From assembly GCA_963845535.1 (NCBI GenBank), contig CAWJSK010000015.1, forward strand, positions 64,001 through 128,000: a DNA stretch of 64,000 nt, given 5' to 3'. The DNA comes from an uncultured Spirochaetota bacterium (GTDB lineage: Bacteria > Spirochaetota > Spirochaetia > SZUA-6 > Fen-1364). The notes beneath the pieces were generated by a model. It saw only the letters and a list, made by a program, of their open reading frames with translations, was not told the DNA's origin and searched no databases. The translations under genes and the position numbers were made by a program. Shown here piece after piece: positions 26,752 through 36,101 of the stretch (the stretch's first letter is position 1; every line of letters starts with the position of its first letter).

Positions 26752-28500
26752 TTGAATGATTCTCGAGTGGCCCCGTTCATGAGATCCGACCTCAGGGCCG
26801 GAGGCGGCTATAAATGGATAGCTCTTTCCAACACGACGTTGGGTACATTGATGGCCTCCATCAACAACAACATTGTTCTGATCTCCCTTCCGTCCATCTT
26901 CACGGGACTAGGAATCAACCCCCTGGCTCCCAACGAAGCAACCTATCTTCTCTGGATTCTCATGGGCTACTCGGTGATCGTGGCAACCCTGCTTGTGTCC
27001 TTCGGCAGGCTCTCCGACATCTTCGGCAGGGTCCGACTCTACAACCTCGGTTTTGCCGTATTCACGGCTGCATCCATTCTGCTGTTCCTCACTCCCGGAA
27101 AGGGCAATGCGGGAGCCCTGGAGGTCGTCATATTCCGCATGATGCAGGCGGTGGGAGGCGGATTCTTATTCGCCAACAGCGCGGCTATCCTGACGGACGC
27201 GTTCCCCCCGTCCGAACGGGGGATGGCTCTGGGGCTGAACCAGATTGCTTTCATCAGCGGATCTCTGATCGGACTGATACTGGGAGGCTTCCTTGCGGTG
27301 ATCAACTGGCGGTTGGTGTTCCTGGTCAGCGTGCCAGTCGGTATTGCGGGAACCATCTGGGCGTATCTCAAGCTGAAGGAAACCGGCGTCATCACGAGGA
27401 ATCAGAGGATCGATCTCCCCGGTGTGGCCACCTTCGGCGCGGGCCTCGTAATCCTTCTTGTCGCCCTGACCTACGGCATCATGCCCTACGGGCATTCGGT
27501 CATGGGCTGGACAAGTCCGCTGGTGGCCGTGGGAATCATTGTCGGGCTGCTCCTGCTCATGGCGTTCTTCTTCATCGAGCGGCGGGTCAGGGAACCGATG
27601 TTCCGCCTGAGCTTCTTCCGCATCCGCATGTTCACGGCGGGCAACGTCAGCGGTTTCCTTTATGCCATTGCCCAGGGCGGGCTGACCTTTATGCTCATAA
27701 TCTGGCTGCAAGGCATCTGGCTGCCGCTGCACGGCTACAACTTTGAAGACACTCCGCTATGGGCCGGCATCTACATGACGCCCATGCTCGTGGGCTTCTT
27801 TATCATGGGTCCGCTCTCCGGCTGGCTGTCCGACCGCTACGGCTCCCGAGGGCTCTCCACGGCCGGCCTGCTGGTTCTCGTGGCAGGCTTCCTGCTGCTC
27901 GCGGAATTGCCAGCGAACTTTCCATACCTGCCGTTCATGTTCATTCTGGTATTCATGGGCCTTGGCATGGGCCTGTTCACTTCACCCAACATGTCCGCCG
28001 TCATGAACTCGGTGCCCGCGGAGTATCGAGGGGTCGCTTCCGGCATGAGAGCTACGATCCAGAACGCGGGCGCCCTTGTAAGCATGTCCCTTTTCTTCAG
28101 CGTGGTCATAATAGGCCTGGCAGGCAAGCTGCCGTCAGCGCTGTACTCCGGGCTGCTCGCTGCAGGGATACCCTCGGCCGCGGCCGGCCACGCATCCGGG
28201 CTGCCGCCCACGGGGGCGCTGTTCGCGGCTTTCCTTGGATACAACCCGATGCAGCAGTTGCTGTCACCTGCAGTCCTCGCAAACCTGCCCCCCGCAAGCA
28301 GGAGCTTGGTCCTCGGCAAGGAGTTCTTCCCTTCCCTGATGGCGCCGGCGTTCATGGGCAGCATGAGATGGACATTCTACGGTGCGGCTGGAATGTCTCT
28401 CGTGGGAGCGGTGGTTTCCTTCCTGCGCGGAAAAACATTTATCCACGAGATGGAGATGGGAGCCTTGGGTTCGGGTTTGAGGAGTGATTCGAAGAGATAA
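26752..28500 (+). CDS. MFS transporter, DHA2 (14-TM) type
   Basis: GRLSDIFGRVRLY motif A, RMMQAVGGG, WRLVFLVSVPVG. Confidence 0.92.
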   Translation: MNDSRVAPFMRSDLRAGGGYKWIALSNTTLGTLMASINNNIVLISLPSIFTGLGINPLAPNEATYLLWILMGYSVIVATLLVSFGRLSDIFGRVRLYNLGFAVFTAASILLFLTPGKGNAGALEVVIFRMMQAVGGGFLFANSAAILTDAFPPSERGMALGLNQIAFISGSLIGLILGGFLAVINWRLVFLVSVPVGIAGTIWAYLKLKETGVITRNQRIDLPGVATFGAGLVILLVALTYGIMPYGHSVMGWTSPLVAVGIIVGLLLLMAFFFIERRVREPMFRLSFFRIRMFTAGNVSGFLYAIAQGGLTFMLIIWLQGIWLPLHGYNFEDTPLWAGIYMTPMLVGFFIMGPLSGWLSDRYGSRGLSTAGLLVLVAGFLLLAELPANFPYLPFMFILVFMGLGMGLFTSPNMSAVMNSVPAEYRGVASGMRATIQNAGALVSMSLFFSVVIIGLAGKLPSALYSGLLAAGIPSAAAGHASGLPPTGALFAAFLGYNPMQQLLSPAVLANLPPASRSLVLGKEFFPSLMAPAFMGSMRWTFYGAAGMSLVGAVVSFLRGKTFIHEMEMGALGSGLRSDSKR

Positions 28501-28533
28501 TCAGAAGACGGCTCCTCGCTCAATGCACAAAGG

Positions 28534-29359
28534 TCAGACCGCCCCGTAGTACGTGTATTCCACGACCTTCACGTTGTTCACCACTTTCGCGACTCCCTCC
28601 ACCGTGCCGGCAATCTTGACGCACAAATCGAGCGCAGCCTGAGACCGCACCGTCCCATCCAACGTAACCACGCCCTCTTCGCATGCGACCTCCAGGGAGA
28701 GGACAAGGACGCGTTCCCTGTACAGTATCGCGACGATCACGTCTTGAGCGATGTGCAAATTGACCAGTACGTTCCGTGCAAGGCTACCGATCCCCGCGTA
28801 CGTGGGCGAACGTAGGAGCGCCGAAACCGCATCGCACGTTTCCGCGGGGGATATCCCCGCAGTGTTTACCACAAGGTCGTAGTTCGCCGACGAGTCCCAG
28901 ATCGCGTTGAAGAAATACTTGTGGTAGCCGGCCCTGTCTTGATCGCTCTGGTGGATCATATGGAGCGCGTGCTGTTCGTCAATTTCGAGACGCTCGCGAA
29001 GCCGCGCCACCCGAACCTCGTGAGGAGCGATGATCCTCAGCCTGAGCGCGCCGGGTACGCCTCGAAAGATGATGTTGGCTCCTCGTCCGACGACAATGCA
29101 GTCCTTCTCAGCCGCAAACCGGTACAGAGCGGCCTTCATGAAGTCGAGGGTATCGAAACTTTTGCAGAGTGAATTGCTCCCAAAGACCCGGCTGCTTTTC
29201 GTCATCCCGCGCGAACTGCTTCTCTGTCATGCCCAATTGTTTGAGTAAGACTTCCAATGAGTCCTTATCGAGCTTGGAATATCCAAGACGAGACGAGAGC
29301 ATGTCTGCTATCTTCGTTCCCAGGCTACCAAGCTCTCTCGAGAGCGTTATGATCGCCAT
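28534..29359 (-). CDS. Cytidylate kinase-like family protein with C-terminal BON domain, frameshifted near 29149
   Basis: ITLSRELGSLG, CIVVGRGA, DQDRAGYHKYFF..YDLVVNT, GVVTLDG..V.GVAKVVNN; extra C in a CCC run. Confidence 0.85.
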
Positions 29360-29413
29360 TGCGAATCCTCCTCTCGGCCTCATGGGCGCCGGCGCTTCGC
29401 TCATCAATGGACC

Positions 29414-30181
29414 TCAGACCTGGACGATCTCGATCCCTTTCGACCGCAGGGACGCGACGAGTGATTCATTCGCGTCAGCCGTGGTGATGATCTTCGAGGC
29501 CCTTTCCACCGGGCAGAGCGTGAGGTGGCCGATGGCGCCGAGCTTGGAGTCATCCGCCAGGATGACGAGCTCCTGAGAGTGTTCGATCATCGAGCGCTCC
29601 ATCTGGATCAACAGCGGATCGGAGTTCGTCAGCACGGTCTCCGTGATCCCTTCGATGCCCATGAAAGCCCGGGAAGCGTGATAGTTGGCAAACCCATCAG
29701 CGCTGAGATTGTTCAGGATGAGCTTCGAGCTCAGATTCACCGATCCTTCCGGAAGAATCACCGTGCACCGGGAATACATCACGAGGTGCTGGGCAATCGC
29801 GAAGGAATTGGTTATCACGGTGATTGCAAACCGGGAGAGGTCCTCCACCATGCGGAAGGTCGTCGAGCCTCCGTCAATCATGACGGTGTCCCCGTCATGG
29901 ATGTAATCGCAAGCTTTTCGGGCGATCCGCCTCTTCTTCTCCTGATTGACGCCGAGCCGACGGTCCAGCGGCTGCTCCAGGAGAGGCTCCGGGACCCGCG
30001 CGCGCGCAAGCTCCACTCCGCCGCGCACCCGGCGCACGAGCTTCTCCTTTTCCATCTCGCTGAAATCCCGCCGGATTGTAGCTTCGGAAGCCCCCGTGGT
30101 CTCCACGACATCATGGATGTTCGCAAAGGAGCGCAGGTCGAGGAGCCTCAGGATTGTCTTCTTGCGTTCCTGTTCCAGCAT
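29414..30181 (-). CDS. DeoR/GlpR family regulator
   Basis: SEATIRRD, IDGGSTT, VITNS, ADDSKLG. Confidence 0.93.
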   Translation of the reverse strand: MLEQERKKTILRLLDLRSFANIHDVVETTGASEATIRRDFSEMEKEKLVRRVRGGVELARARVPEPLLEQPLDRRLGVNQEKKRRIARKACDYIHDGDTVMIDGGSTTFRMVEDLSRFAITVITNSFAIAQHLVMYSRCTVILPEGSVNLSSKLILNNLSADGFANYHASRAFMGIEGITETVLTNSDPLLIQMERSMIEHSQELVILADDSKLGAIGHLTLCPVERASKIITTADANESLVASLRSKGIEIVQV

Positions 30182-30306
30182 GGGGCGCACCGATGAAATA
30201 GTACGCGAAGCGCCGAAAAATGCAATCAAAATCGATAAGGTCTGATTGATTTTTTTTGGATCGTGTGAGAATGTGAAAAGGCCGGCAAAAGAAAGGGAGG
30301 ACGACA

Positions 30307-30621
30307 ATGACGAGACTGGCGTTCAAGATGAAGCTTAAACCCGGCTGCGTGCAGGAATACAAGAGCCGTCACGACAGGATCTGGCCGGAGCTCGCGGCCA
30401 CGCTGCGGGAAAAAGGAATCACCGACTACTCCATTTTTTTTGACGAGGAAACGAACGCCCTCTTCGCCGTCCAGAAGCTGACGGGAGCCGCATCCTCACA
30501 GGACCTCGGGACGTTGGACGTCGTCAGGCGCTGGTGGGAATACATGTCAGACATCATGGAGACAAACCCGGACAAGTCTCCGGTGAGCATTCCGCTGGCA
30601 GAAGTCTTCCTGCTGGAATAG
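30307..30621 (+). CDS. rhaM: L-rhamnose mutarotase
   Basis: EYKSRHDRIWPEL, DYSIF, RRWWEYMSDIMETNPD.SP. Confidence 0.93.
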   Translation: MTRLAFKMKLKPGCVQEYKSRHDRIWPELAATLREKGITDYSIFFDEETNALFAVQKLTGAASSQDLGTLDVVRRWWEYMSDIMETNPDKSPVSIPLAEVFLLE

Positions 30622-30628
30622 CAATTCC

Positions 30629-30691
30629 ATGAACTCGAGAGATCGCGTCCTGCGCGTCTTTGGCAGGCAGTCTGGCCTGCCGGACCGTCCT
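30629..30691 (+). pseudogene. 5' stub resembling the N-terminus of a uroporphyrinogen decarboxylase/MtaA-CmuA family protein
   Basis: MNSRDRVLRVFGRQSGLPDRP begins 7 bp after rhaM and loses similarity at the stop of the convergent methyltransferase. Confidence 0.5.
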
Positions 30692-31424
30692 ACGAAGACC
30701 CCTCCTTTGTACCCCACATCACCAGGCCGCCCCCAAGGCTCATCAGCCTCACCTGGACGTCGCTGATTCCCGCCTCTTTCCACATCTCGACGATCTGCCC
30801 GATCGGGTAGCGCTCGTAGAAGTCAGGGATGCTTCGGGCCAGAAAGCGCCCCGTCTCGGCCCACTCGCGCGACACGAGCCTGCCCAGCGTGGGCAGGCCG
30901 ACGCGCGTATAGAGCCGCCAGAACGCTTGCCCCAAAGGTCCCGCCGGCACGGCGAACTCGAGAGACGCGATGCGTCCGCCGGGCCTGACCACGCGCGCGA
31001 GCCCGCGCATCACCGCCCGTGGATCATCGACATAGCGGAGGAGGTAGGTGAACGTGAGGTGGTCGAACTCTCCGTCGGCAAAGGGCAGCTTCTCGGCTTC
31101 GCCGTTCATCAACGTCACGTGGTTCGCGAGCCCAGGGTCTCTCTCCAGCCGCAGTCGCGCCTGCGCGAGCATCTGCGGACTCTGGTCCAGGCCGACGACG
31201 TTGCAGCCGTACCGCGTCACGAGCTCGGTCGCCACCAGCCCGGTGCCTGTTGCGACGTCCAGCACCCGCTCGCCCGGCTTGGCATCCACGACGCCGACCA
31301 TTGACCGCCGCCAGCGCGGATCCTGGCCGAAGCTCAGCACCGCTGCCACCCGGTCGTAGTGACGGGGCAGCGGCGCGAACAGCGCAAGCGCCTGGCGCTT
31401 GCGGGTAGTGGCAGTGACGCTCAT
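30690..31424 (-). CDS. Class I SAM methyltransferase, UbiE/MenG-like
   Basis: YDRVAAVLSFGQDPRWR, VLDVATGTG, AEKLPFADGEFD, RVVRPGG. Confidence 0.9.
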   Translation of the reverse strand: MSVTATTRKRQALALFAPLPRHYDRVAAVLSFGQDPRWRRSMVGVVDAKPGERVLDVATGTGLVATELVTRYGCNVVGLDQSPQMLAQARLRLERDPGLANHVTLMNGEAEKLPFADGEFDHLTFTYLLRYVDDPRAVMRGLARVVRPGGRIASLEFAVPAGPLGQAFWRLYTRVGLPTLGRLVSREWAETGRFLARSIPDFYERYPIGQIVEMWKEAGISDVQVRLMSLGGGLVMWGTKEGSS

Positions 31425-31507
31425 CAAGAACGAAGATACTTGGTGTTGACGATGGCGGGGAAGAGGCCGTGTGCCTCGAAGTCACCCGGCGCGCCGTCAC
31501 TCGCCGT

Positions 31508-32146
31508 TCAGCTCAGCCAGGCCACCGCGCTTTCCGGCAGGTGTTCGGCGCTCGGGGTTGATGGATTCCTCGGGAGACCGATGAGGCAACCGTCAAGCTC
31601 CCATTCGCCTTTGGCCAGTCCGAGCTCGGCCATGACATGCGCATCCGCTGACAGCATCCCCGTCAGGCTGAGCAGCATGAAGCCGACGCCCAGCTCGGTG
31701 GCCTTGAGCCACATGTTCTGAAGCACGTGAGCGATTGACTTGGCTTCTGCTGGCGGAAAGCCTTTCCGTTCCGCCACGATGATCCACTCCGAGGCCTCTT
31801 GAAGCGTCGTGATGCCGTTCTTGGAAAGAGCATCCAGCCTCTTCATGAAAGCGGCGGTCTTCTGCTTGAGACCCGGCACCAGGCGGCGCGCCATCATGAG
31901 CCTCTTGCGATTTGCCTTGATCCGGGTGAGGGCCAACGCGCGCAAACGCTCATGTGCGGCGCTTTCGCGCTTGATCACGAAGAATCGCCGCTTGTCGGCA
32001 AGAGCAACCCCGGTTGCGCCGGCATGGGGCGCCAGCCAGCCCGCCTCCAGAATGGACCGTATGCCGGCTTCATCCGGCGCGCCTTCTCGAAAACTCCTGC
32101 AGGATCGACGCGACCTTACGAGCGCATCGAAAAAAGTACCTTCCAT
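31508..32146 (-). CDS. Nitroreductase family protein
   Basis: RSRRSCRSF..ILEAGWLAP; QNMWLKATELGVG. Confidence 0.88.
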   Translation of the reverse strand: MEGTFFDALVRSRRSCRSFREGAPDEAGIRSILEAGWLAPHAGATGVALADKRRFFVIKRESAAHERLRALALTRIKANRKRLMMARRLVPGLKQKTAAFMKRLDALSKNGITTLQEASEWIIVAERKGFPPAEAKSIAHVLQNMWLKATELGVGFMLLSLTGMLSADAHVMAELGLAKGEWELDGCLIGLPRNPSTPSAEHLPESAVAWLS

Positions 32147-32321
32147 TAATCCCGTCCTTGCCACCGAGAGTAGCACGATTCGAGGTGATTCGGCGGAAGC
32201 GGAAACGAACGCGGTAAGGTGGTCAGGGAAACGAGCTGAAGCCGGAGAGCGCGCGGGTGGACTGTGGCGCTCTCCGTTCGCGAAGAGCGCCCACAATCCT
32301 GGCTGAAGAGCCGAACCTGCT

Positions 32322-32855
32322 TCACTGGTCCTGGTCGTCGTCCCCAAACGCGGAGCCCGTCATGGGACCGCCGTCTCCGAGGGCGGGTCCGTCAGACCCC
32401 ATCAATGGTCGGCCCCCGCCCATGGGGCCGCCGACGCCGGGGCGATGCATCTGGTAGAAGGCACGGTGCCCCCCGCCCACCCACTGTCGAATGAACCGCG
32501 AATAGGCCGGGAAGTTGTCGTCTCCGATGATCTGCCTCAGCTGAACCCGCGCGCCGACGAACGCTTTCATCAGGTCAGCGGTGGTCTGGGATATCTGCGT
32601 GATGTAGCCGTTGACCTCCTGCATGTTCGGACTGGCCGGCAGGAGGGCCTTTTCCATCTGGGCATGCAGCAGCCTGATCTGGACAGCGTCCTGCCTGACA
32701 GAGGTCCTCGTCTTCGACTGGATGTCGAAGACCTGGGCGATCTGCGAATCGTTGAGACCAAAGGTCTTCAACATGGTGGACTCCTGGTCCCGCGGGCTCT
32801 GAGCGAACAGCGCAACCGGCAGCACCAGGAAAACAAGGGGAATGAGTCGCTTCAT
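32322..32855 (-). CDS. Secreted helical protein, Spy/CpxP-like
   Basis: Signal peptide MKRLIPLVFLVLPVALFA, 'GLNDSQ' LTxxQ-like motif, Gly/Pro tail. Confidence 0.55.
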   Translation of the reverse strand: MKRLIPLVFLVLPVALFAQSPRDQESTMLKTFGLNDSQIAQVFDIQSKTRTSVRQDAVQIRLLHAQMEKALLPASPNMQEVNGYITQISQTTADLMKAFVGARVQLRQIIGDDNFPAYSRFIRQWVGGGHRAFYQMHRPGVGGPMGGGRPLMGSDGPALGDGGPMTGSAFGDDDQDQ

Positions 32856-32946
32856 ACGAATGTCTCCTCTCATGGGCACCAAAGTACCCGAGGCTTCACC
32901 AGACATCCATAAACATGGCTTGAAAGGAGAATAATACTCTGTTATG

Positions 32947-33726
32947 TCAGAACGCGCCCACGACCCGCTTCGCATCCCGTGAGCGCGGGTGCGGTTTGAG
33001 ACGGTGATGCTGCAGGAACCACTCGAACAGCTTCGAGCTCTCGTACACCGCCGTCCAACAGTCGTGGTCCAGATCGGGATAGAGAGTGAAACGCACTTTG
33101 CCGCCCGCTTTTCGCAGGGCTTCCACCATTGACGAGGACTCGCTGGGGAGGACATTCGTGTCCTTGGCTCCGTGAAACGCCCACACGGGCACGTCTTTCA
33201 GCACCTTTGCCTCGTCCGTGTCTCCCCACCCGGCAACCGGCGCGATTGCCGCAAAGAGATCGGGATAGCTCGTGGCCATGCGCCACACGCCGTTTCCTCC
33301 CAGGCTCCATCCCGTAAGGTACATCCTGTCACGGTCCACGCGGATGTCCGGCAGCAGAGCATCCAGCAGCGCCTTCAACTCCGCCGGGTTCCACCGTTCC
33401 TTGTCCTCGGGCAACTGCGGTGAAATGACGATGAACGGGAAGCTGCGGACCTGTTCCAGGTAGGCCGGAAGGCCGTTTCGTCTCACGATCTCCACATCGT
33501 CTCCTTTCTCGGTGCTTCCGTGGAGAAAGAGGATGAGCGGCCATCGCTTTTTCCCGTCTGAGTGATAGCTTCCGGGGAGATAGAGGAGATAGCGGATCAT
33601 CACATATCTCCCGGTAACCAGGACCTTCCTTTGCTGGGGAAGCCCCCTGAGGGTCCTTGGGTGAGCGGCCACGGGAAATACGAATGCCGTGAGAAGGCAC
33701 AGTCCAAGCGCCCAGATTCTGACCAT
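32947..33726 (-). CDS. Alpha/beta hydrolase (secreted esterase/peptidase)
   Basis: PLILFLHGS, TGWSLGG, WAFHGAKD..V, HDCW. Confidence 0.88.
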   Translation of the reverse strand: MVRIWALGLCLLTAFVFPVAAHPRTLRGLPQQRKVLVTGRYVMIRYLLYLPGSYHSDGKKRWPLILFLHGSTEKGDDVEIVRRNGLPAYLEQVRSFPFIVISPQLPEDKERWNPAELKALLDALLPDIRVDRDRMYLTGWSLGGNGVWRMATSYPDLFAAIAPVAGWGDTDEAKVLKDVPVWAFHGAKDTNVLPSESSSMVEALRKAGGKVRFTLYPDLDHDCWTAVYESSKLFEWFLQHHRLKPHPRSRDAKRVVGAF

Positions 33727-33883
33727 GCCCGCGCATACTACAACGGACCGACGCCCGAGCGCCAGCGCCCGGGAGTCTTCGTCGCGGCACCCGCCAATGG
33801 CGCCCGGCGATAGGGGACTGGCCGATCGGCGAGTTCCCGTCGTTCGGTCCCGGGTGTACCTTGGATCACGAAGGAGGATGCGA

Positions 33884-34771
33884 ATGGCAAATACCTTGAA
33901 AGAGATTTCGCACTCGCTGCGTGAGGCAATCCGCCGGGCTTCGGCGTTCACCGTGGCCCTGGAACGAGAGCCCTACTCGGTGAGCGGCGTGCTTATTGGC
34001 GGGGACCGGGTACTCACGGCGAGCCACTGCGTGGGGGACGAAGGAGCCGTGGTGGTCATGCCGGACGGGAAGAAGGTCAACGCGACCCTGGCCGGCCGGG
34101 ACCCCGTGCACGATCTGGGGCTCCTCCGCCTGGGCGGGGACGTCCAGGCGCCGTCGCCCGGCGCTGCGTCGGTGGAGGTTGGGGACCTTGTTGTTTCCCT
34201 CAAACGGGATTCATTCGACGGGATCAACGCTTCTCTCGCCATGGTCAGCGCGGCAGGGTCCAAGCTGAGGCTGGGACGGATCGGCGTGCTGGAGAAGTAC
34301 CTGCAGACAGACACGGACCGCCTGAGCGGAACCACAGGGGGGCCTCTTGCCGACGCGGACGGCGCGCTCGTGGGCATCCAGGTCTTCAACCGGCGCATGG
34401 GAGCCGAAGTAATCATCCCCACGGAGCTGGCTCTTTCTCGGGCGCGGCTTCTGGAGCAGAACGGGAGCGTCCCGAGGCCGTACCTCGGGGTGAGAAGCCA
34501 GAGGGTGGCCTTGTCAGCGGCCGCGCGGGAAGCGGTCAAAGGCAGGCAGGAAACGGGCCTGCTCCTCGTGTCGGTTGAAACGGGAAGCGCCGCGGAGAAA
34601 GCCGGCCTCGAGGTGGGGGACATCCTCGTTGGCCTGGGAGGGGCCCCCGTTGCCGACCACGAGGAGCTGGTCGGTTTGCTGGCGGAGCATGGGGCGGGAG
34701 CGGGAGTGGAGGTGGAGGTGATCCGCGGCGGCGCGCGGAGAGCGCTTTCCCTCTCCATAGGCGGCGTATGA
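33884..34771 (+). CDS. Trypsin-like S1C protease-PDZ protein; Thr at the catalytic Ser position
   Basis: LTASH, GRDPVHDL, SGTTGGPL, PYLGV...GLEVGD. Confidence 0.85.
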   Translation: MANTLKEISHSLREAIRRASAFTVALEREPYSVSGVLIGGDRVLTASHCVGDEGAVVVMPDGKKVNATLAGRDPVHDLGLLRLGGDVQAPSPGAASVEVGDLVVSLKRDSFDGINASLAMVSAAGSKLRLGRIGVLEKYLQTDTDRLSGTTGGPLADADGALVGIQVFNRRMGAEVIIPTELALSRARLLEQNGSVPRPYLGVRSQRVALSAAAREAVKGRQETGLLLVSVETGSAAEKAGLEVGDILVGLGGAPVADHEELVGLLAEHGAGAGVEVEVIRGGARRALSLSIGGV

Positions 34772-35130
34772 ACCTCACGCGCGCCCAGCCTCGCATTGTT
34801 GTTCGGGCGCGCGACCCCGTGCTGCGGTCCCTCATCCTGGAGCGCCTCTCGGGGCTCGGTGACCTCGCGGAGGAAGGTGACGGGACCGCTGCCGACGGGA
34901 GGGACGCGCTGGTGGTCGCGACGCGTTCGGAAACCTCCCTCACCCCGCGTGAGACGGAGGTGCTCGAGCTGCTTGCGCAGGGGATGGCCAACAAGGAAAT
35001 CGCCGCGCGCCTCTCCTTCAGCACGCATACCGCAAAGTTCCACGTGGAATCCCTCCTGAGGAAACTGGAGGCGGTCAATCGGGCGGAGGCGGTGAGGGAA
35101 GGGATCCGACGCGGCCTGATTGGCGTATGA
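34768..35130 (+). CDS. LuxR-type HTH regulator without an intact receiver domain
   Basis: LTPRETEVLELLAQGMANKEIA..TAKFHV. Confidence 0.9.
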   Translation: MNLTRAQPRIVVRARDPVLRSLILERLSGLGDLAEEGDGTAADGRDALVVATRSETSLTPRETEVLELLAQGMANKEIAARLSFSTHTAKFHVESLLRKLEAVNRAEAVREGIRRGLIGV

Positions 35131-35242
35131 ATCCGCCGCACCTGATTATTAACAGTTTTTAACCTGCGTTTCACCCGCGCTTAACACTTCCTTAGTATCA
35201 TGAAAGAGGCAAGAGACGAGAAAGTTCCAAGCCTTTTTCATC

Positions 35243-35283
35243 CAAGGGGCCTGCCGGGTTCCGGCCAGGTCCCTTCTTTTTTT
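35243..35283 (+). terminator. Rho-independent terminator
   Basis: AAGGGGCCTG-CCGG-gtt-CCGG-c-CAGGTCCCTT followed by a T run. Confidence 0.8.
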
Positions 35284-35324
35284 CCCCGGGAGAAGCTACG
35301 ATATTCAAGAAAGGTTCGTGAGAA

Positions 35325-35993
35325 ATGGCCGCCATGAAGCCCATGGAGATATTCCAGAGTTTCCCATACCTGAACGCCATGCCGCGCGAAGCGAAAGAGG
35401 AGCTTTCCCAGCGGTCCGTCGTCAAGAGCCTTTCCCACAAGCAGGTCCTCGTGAACGGCGGAGACTGCCAGCACCTGCCTTTCGTCCTGAGCGGGACCCT
35501 ACGCGTGTACAAGGTGAGCGAGACGGGCAAGGAGCTGACCCTGTACAGGATCGACCGCGGGGAGAGCTGCATCCTTTCCGCCACCTGCATTCTCAACACG
35601 AGCACGTTCCCCGCAATGGTGGAGGCGGAGGGGCCCACCGAAGTGATCCTGATCCCCTCCCAGCTTTTTTCCCGCTGGGTGGAGGCATACCCCGTGTGGA
35701 GGCGTTTCGTTTTCGGCATCTACGAGAAACGCCTCGATATGCTGCTCACCCTCGTGGAAGAGGTGGCTTTCCGCCACGTGGACGCCCGAGTGGCGGCCTA
35801 CCTCGCCGCCGGGACGGGAGCGGAGGGCGGCAGCGTGTCCGCCACGCACCAGCAGATTGCCTCGGAGGTCGGCACTTCCCGCGAGGTCGTGAGCCGGATC
35901 CTGAGAGACCTGGAAGAACAGGGCCTTCTTGTCACCGAAAGAGGGCGGATCAAGATCCTCGACCGGGCGGGATTATCCTCGAGAACGGAATAA
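35325..35993 (+). CDS. Crp/Fnr family regulator
   Basis: SGTLRVYK..GKELTLYRI; THQQIASEVGTSREVVSR HTH. Confidence 0.93.
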   Translation: MAAMKPMEIFQSFPYLNAMPREAKEELSQRSVVKSLSHKQVLVNGGDCQHLPFVLSGTLRVYKVSETGKELTLYRIDRGESCILSATCILNTSTFPAMVEAEGPTEVILIPSQLFSRWVEAYPVWRRFVFGIYEKRLDMLLTLVEEVAFRHVDARVAAYLAAGTGAEGGSVSATHQQIASEVGTSREVVSRILRDLEEQGLLVTERGRIKILDRAGLSSRTE

Positions 35994-36018
35994 GCTCTCA
36001 CCTCTTGCCACGGGCGTT

Positions 36019-36061
36019 CGTGATTTCAGTCACAGAAGCCGGCGCGTTTTCCGTGTATTCT
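36019..36061 (+). promoter_or_regulatory. CRP-like site (cGTGA-N6-TCACA) about 41 bp upstream of the predicted TSS, -10 TATTCT
   Basis: GTGATTTCAGTCACA at 36020-36034; TATTCT at 36056-36061. Confidence 0.65.
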
Positions 36062-36101
36062 TGCTACTGCAATCGCGATACATTTGAGCGAGAGGATGAG
36101 C

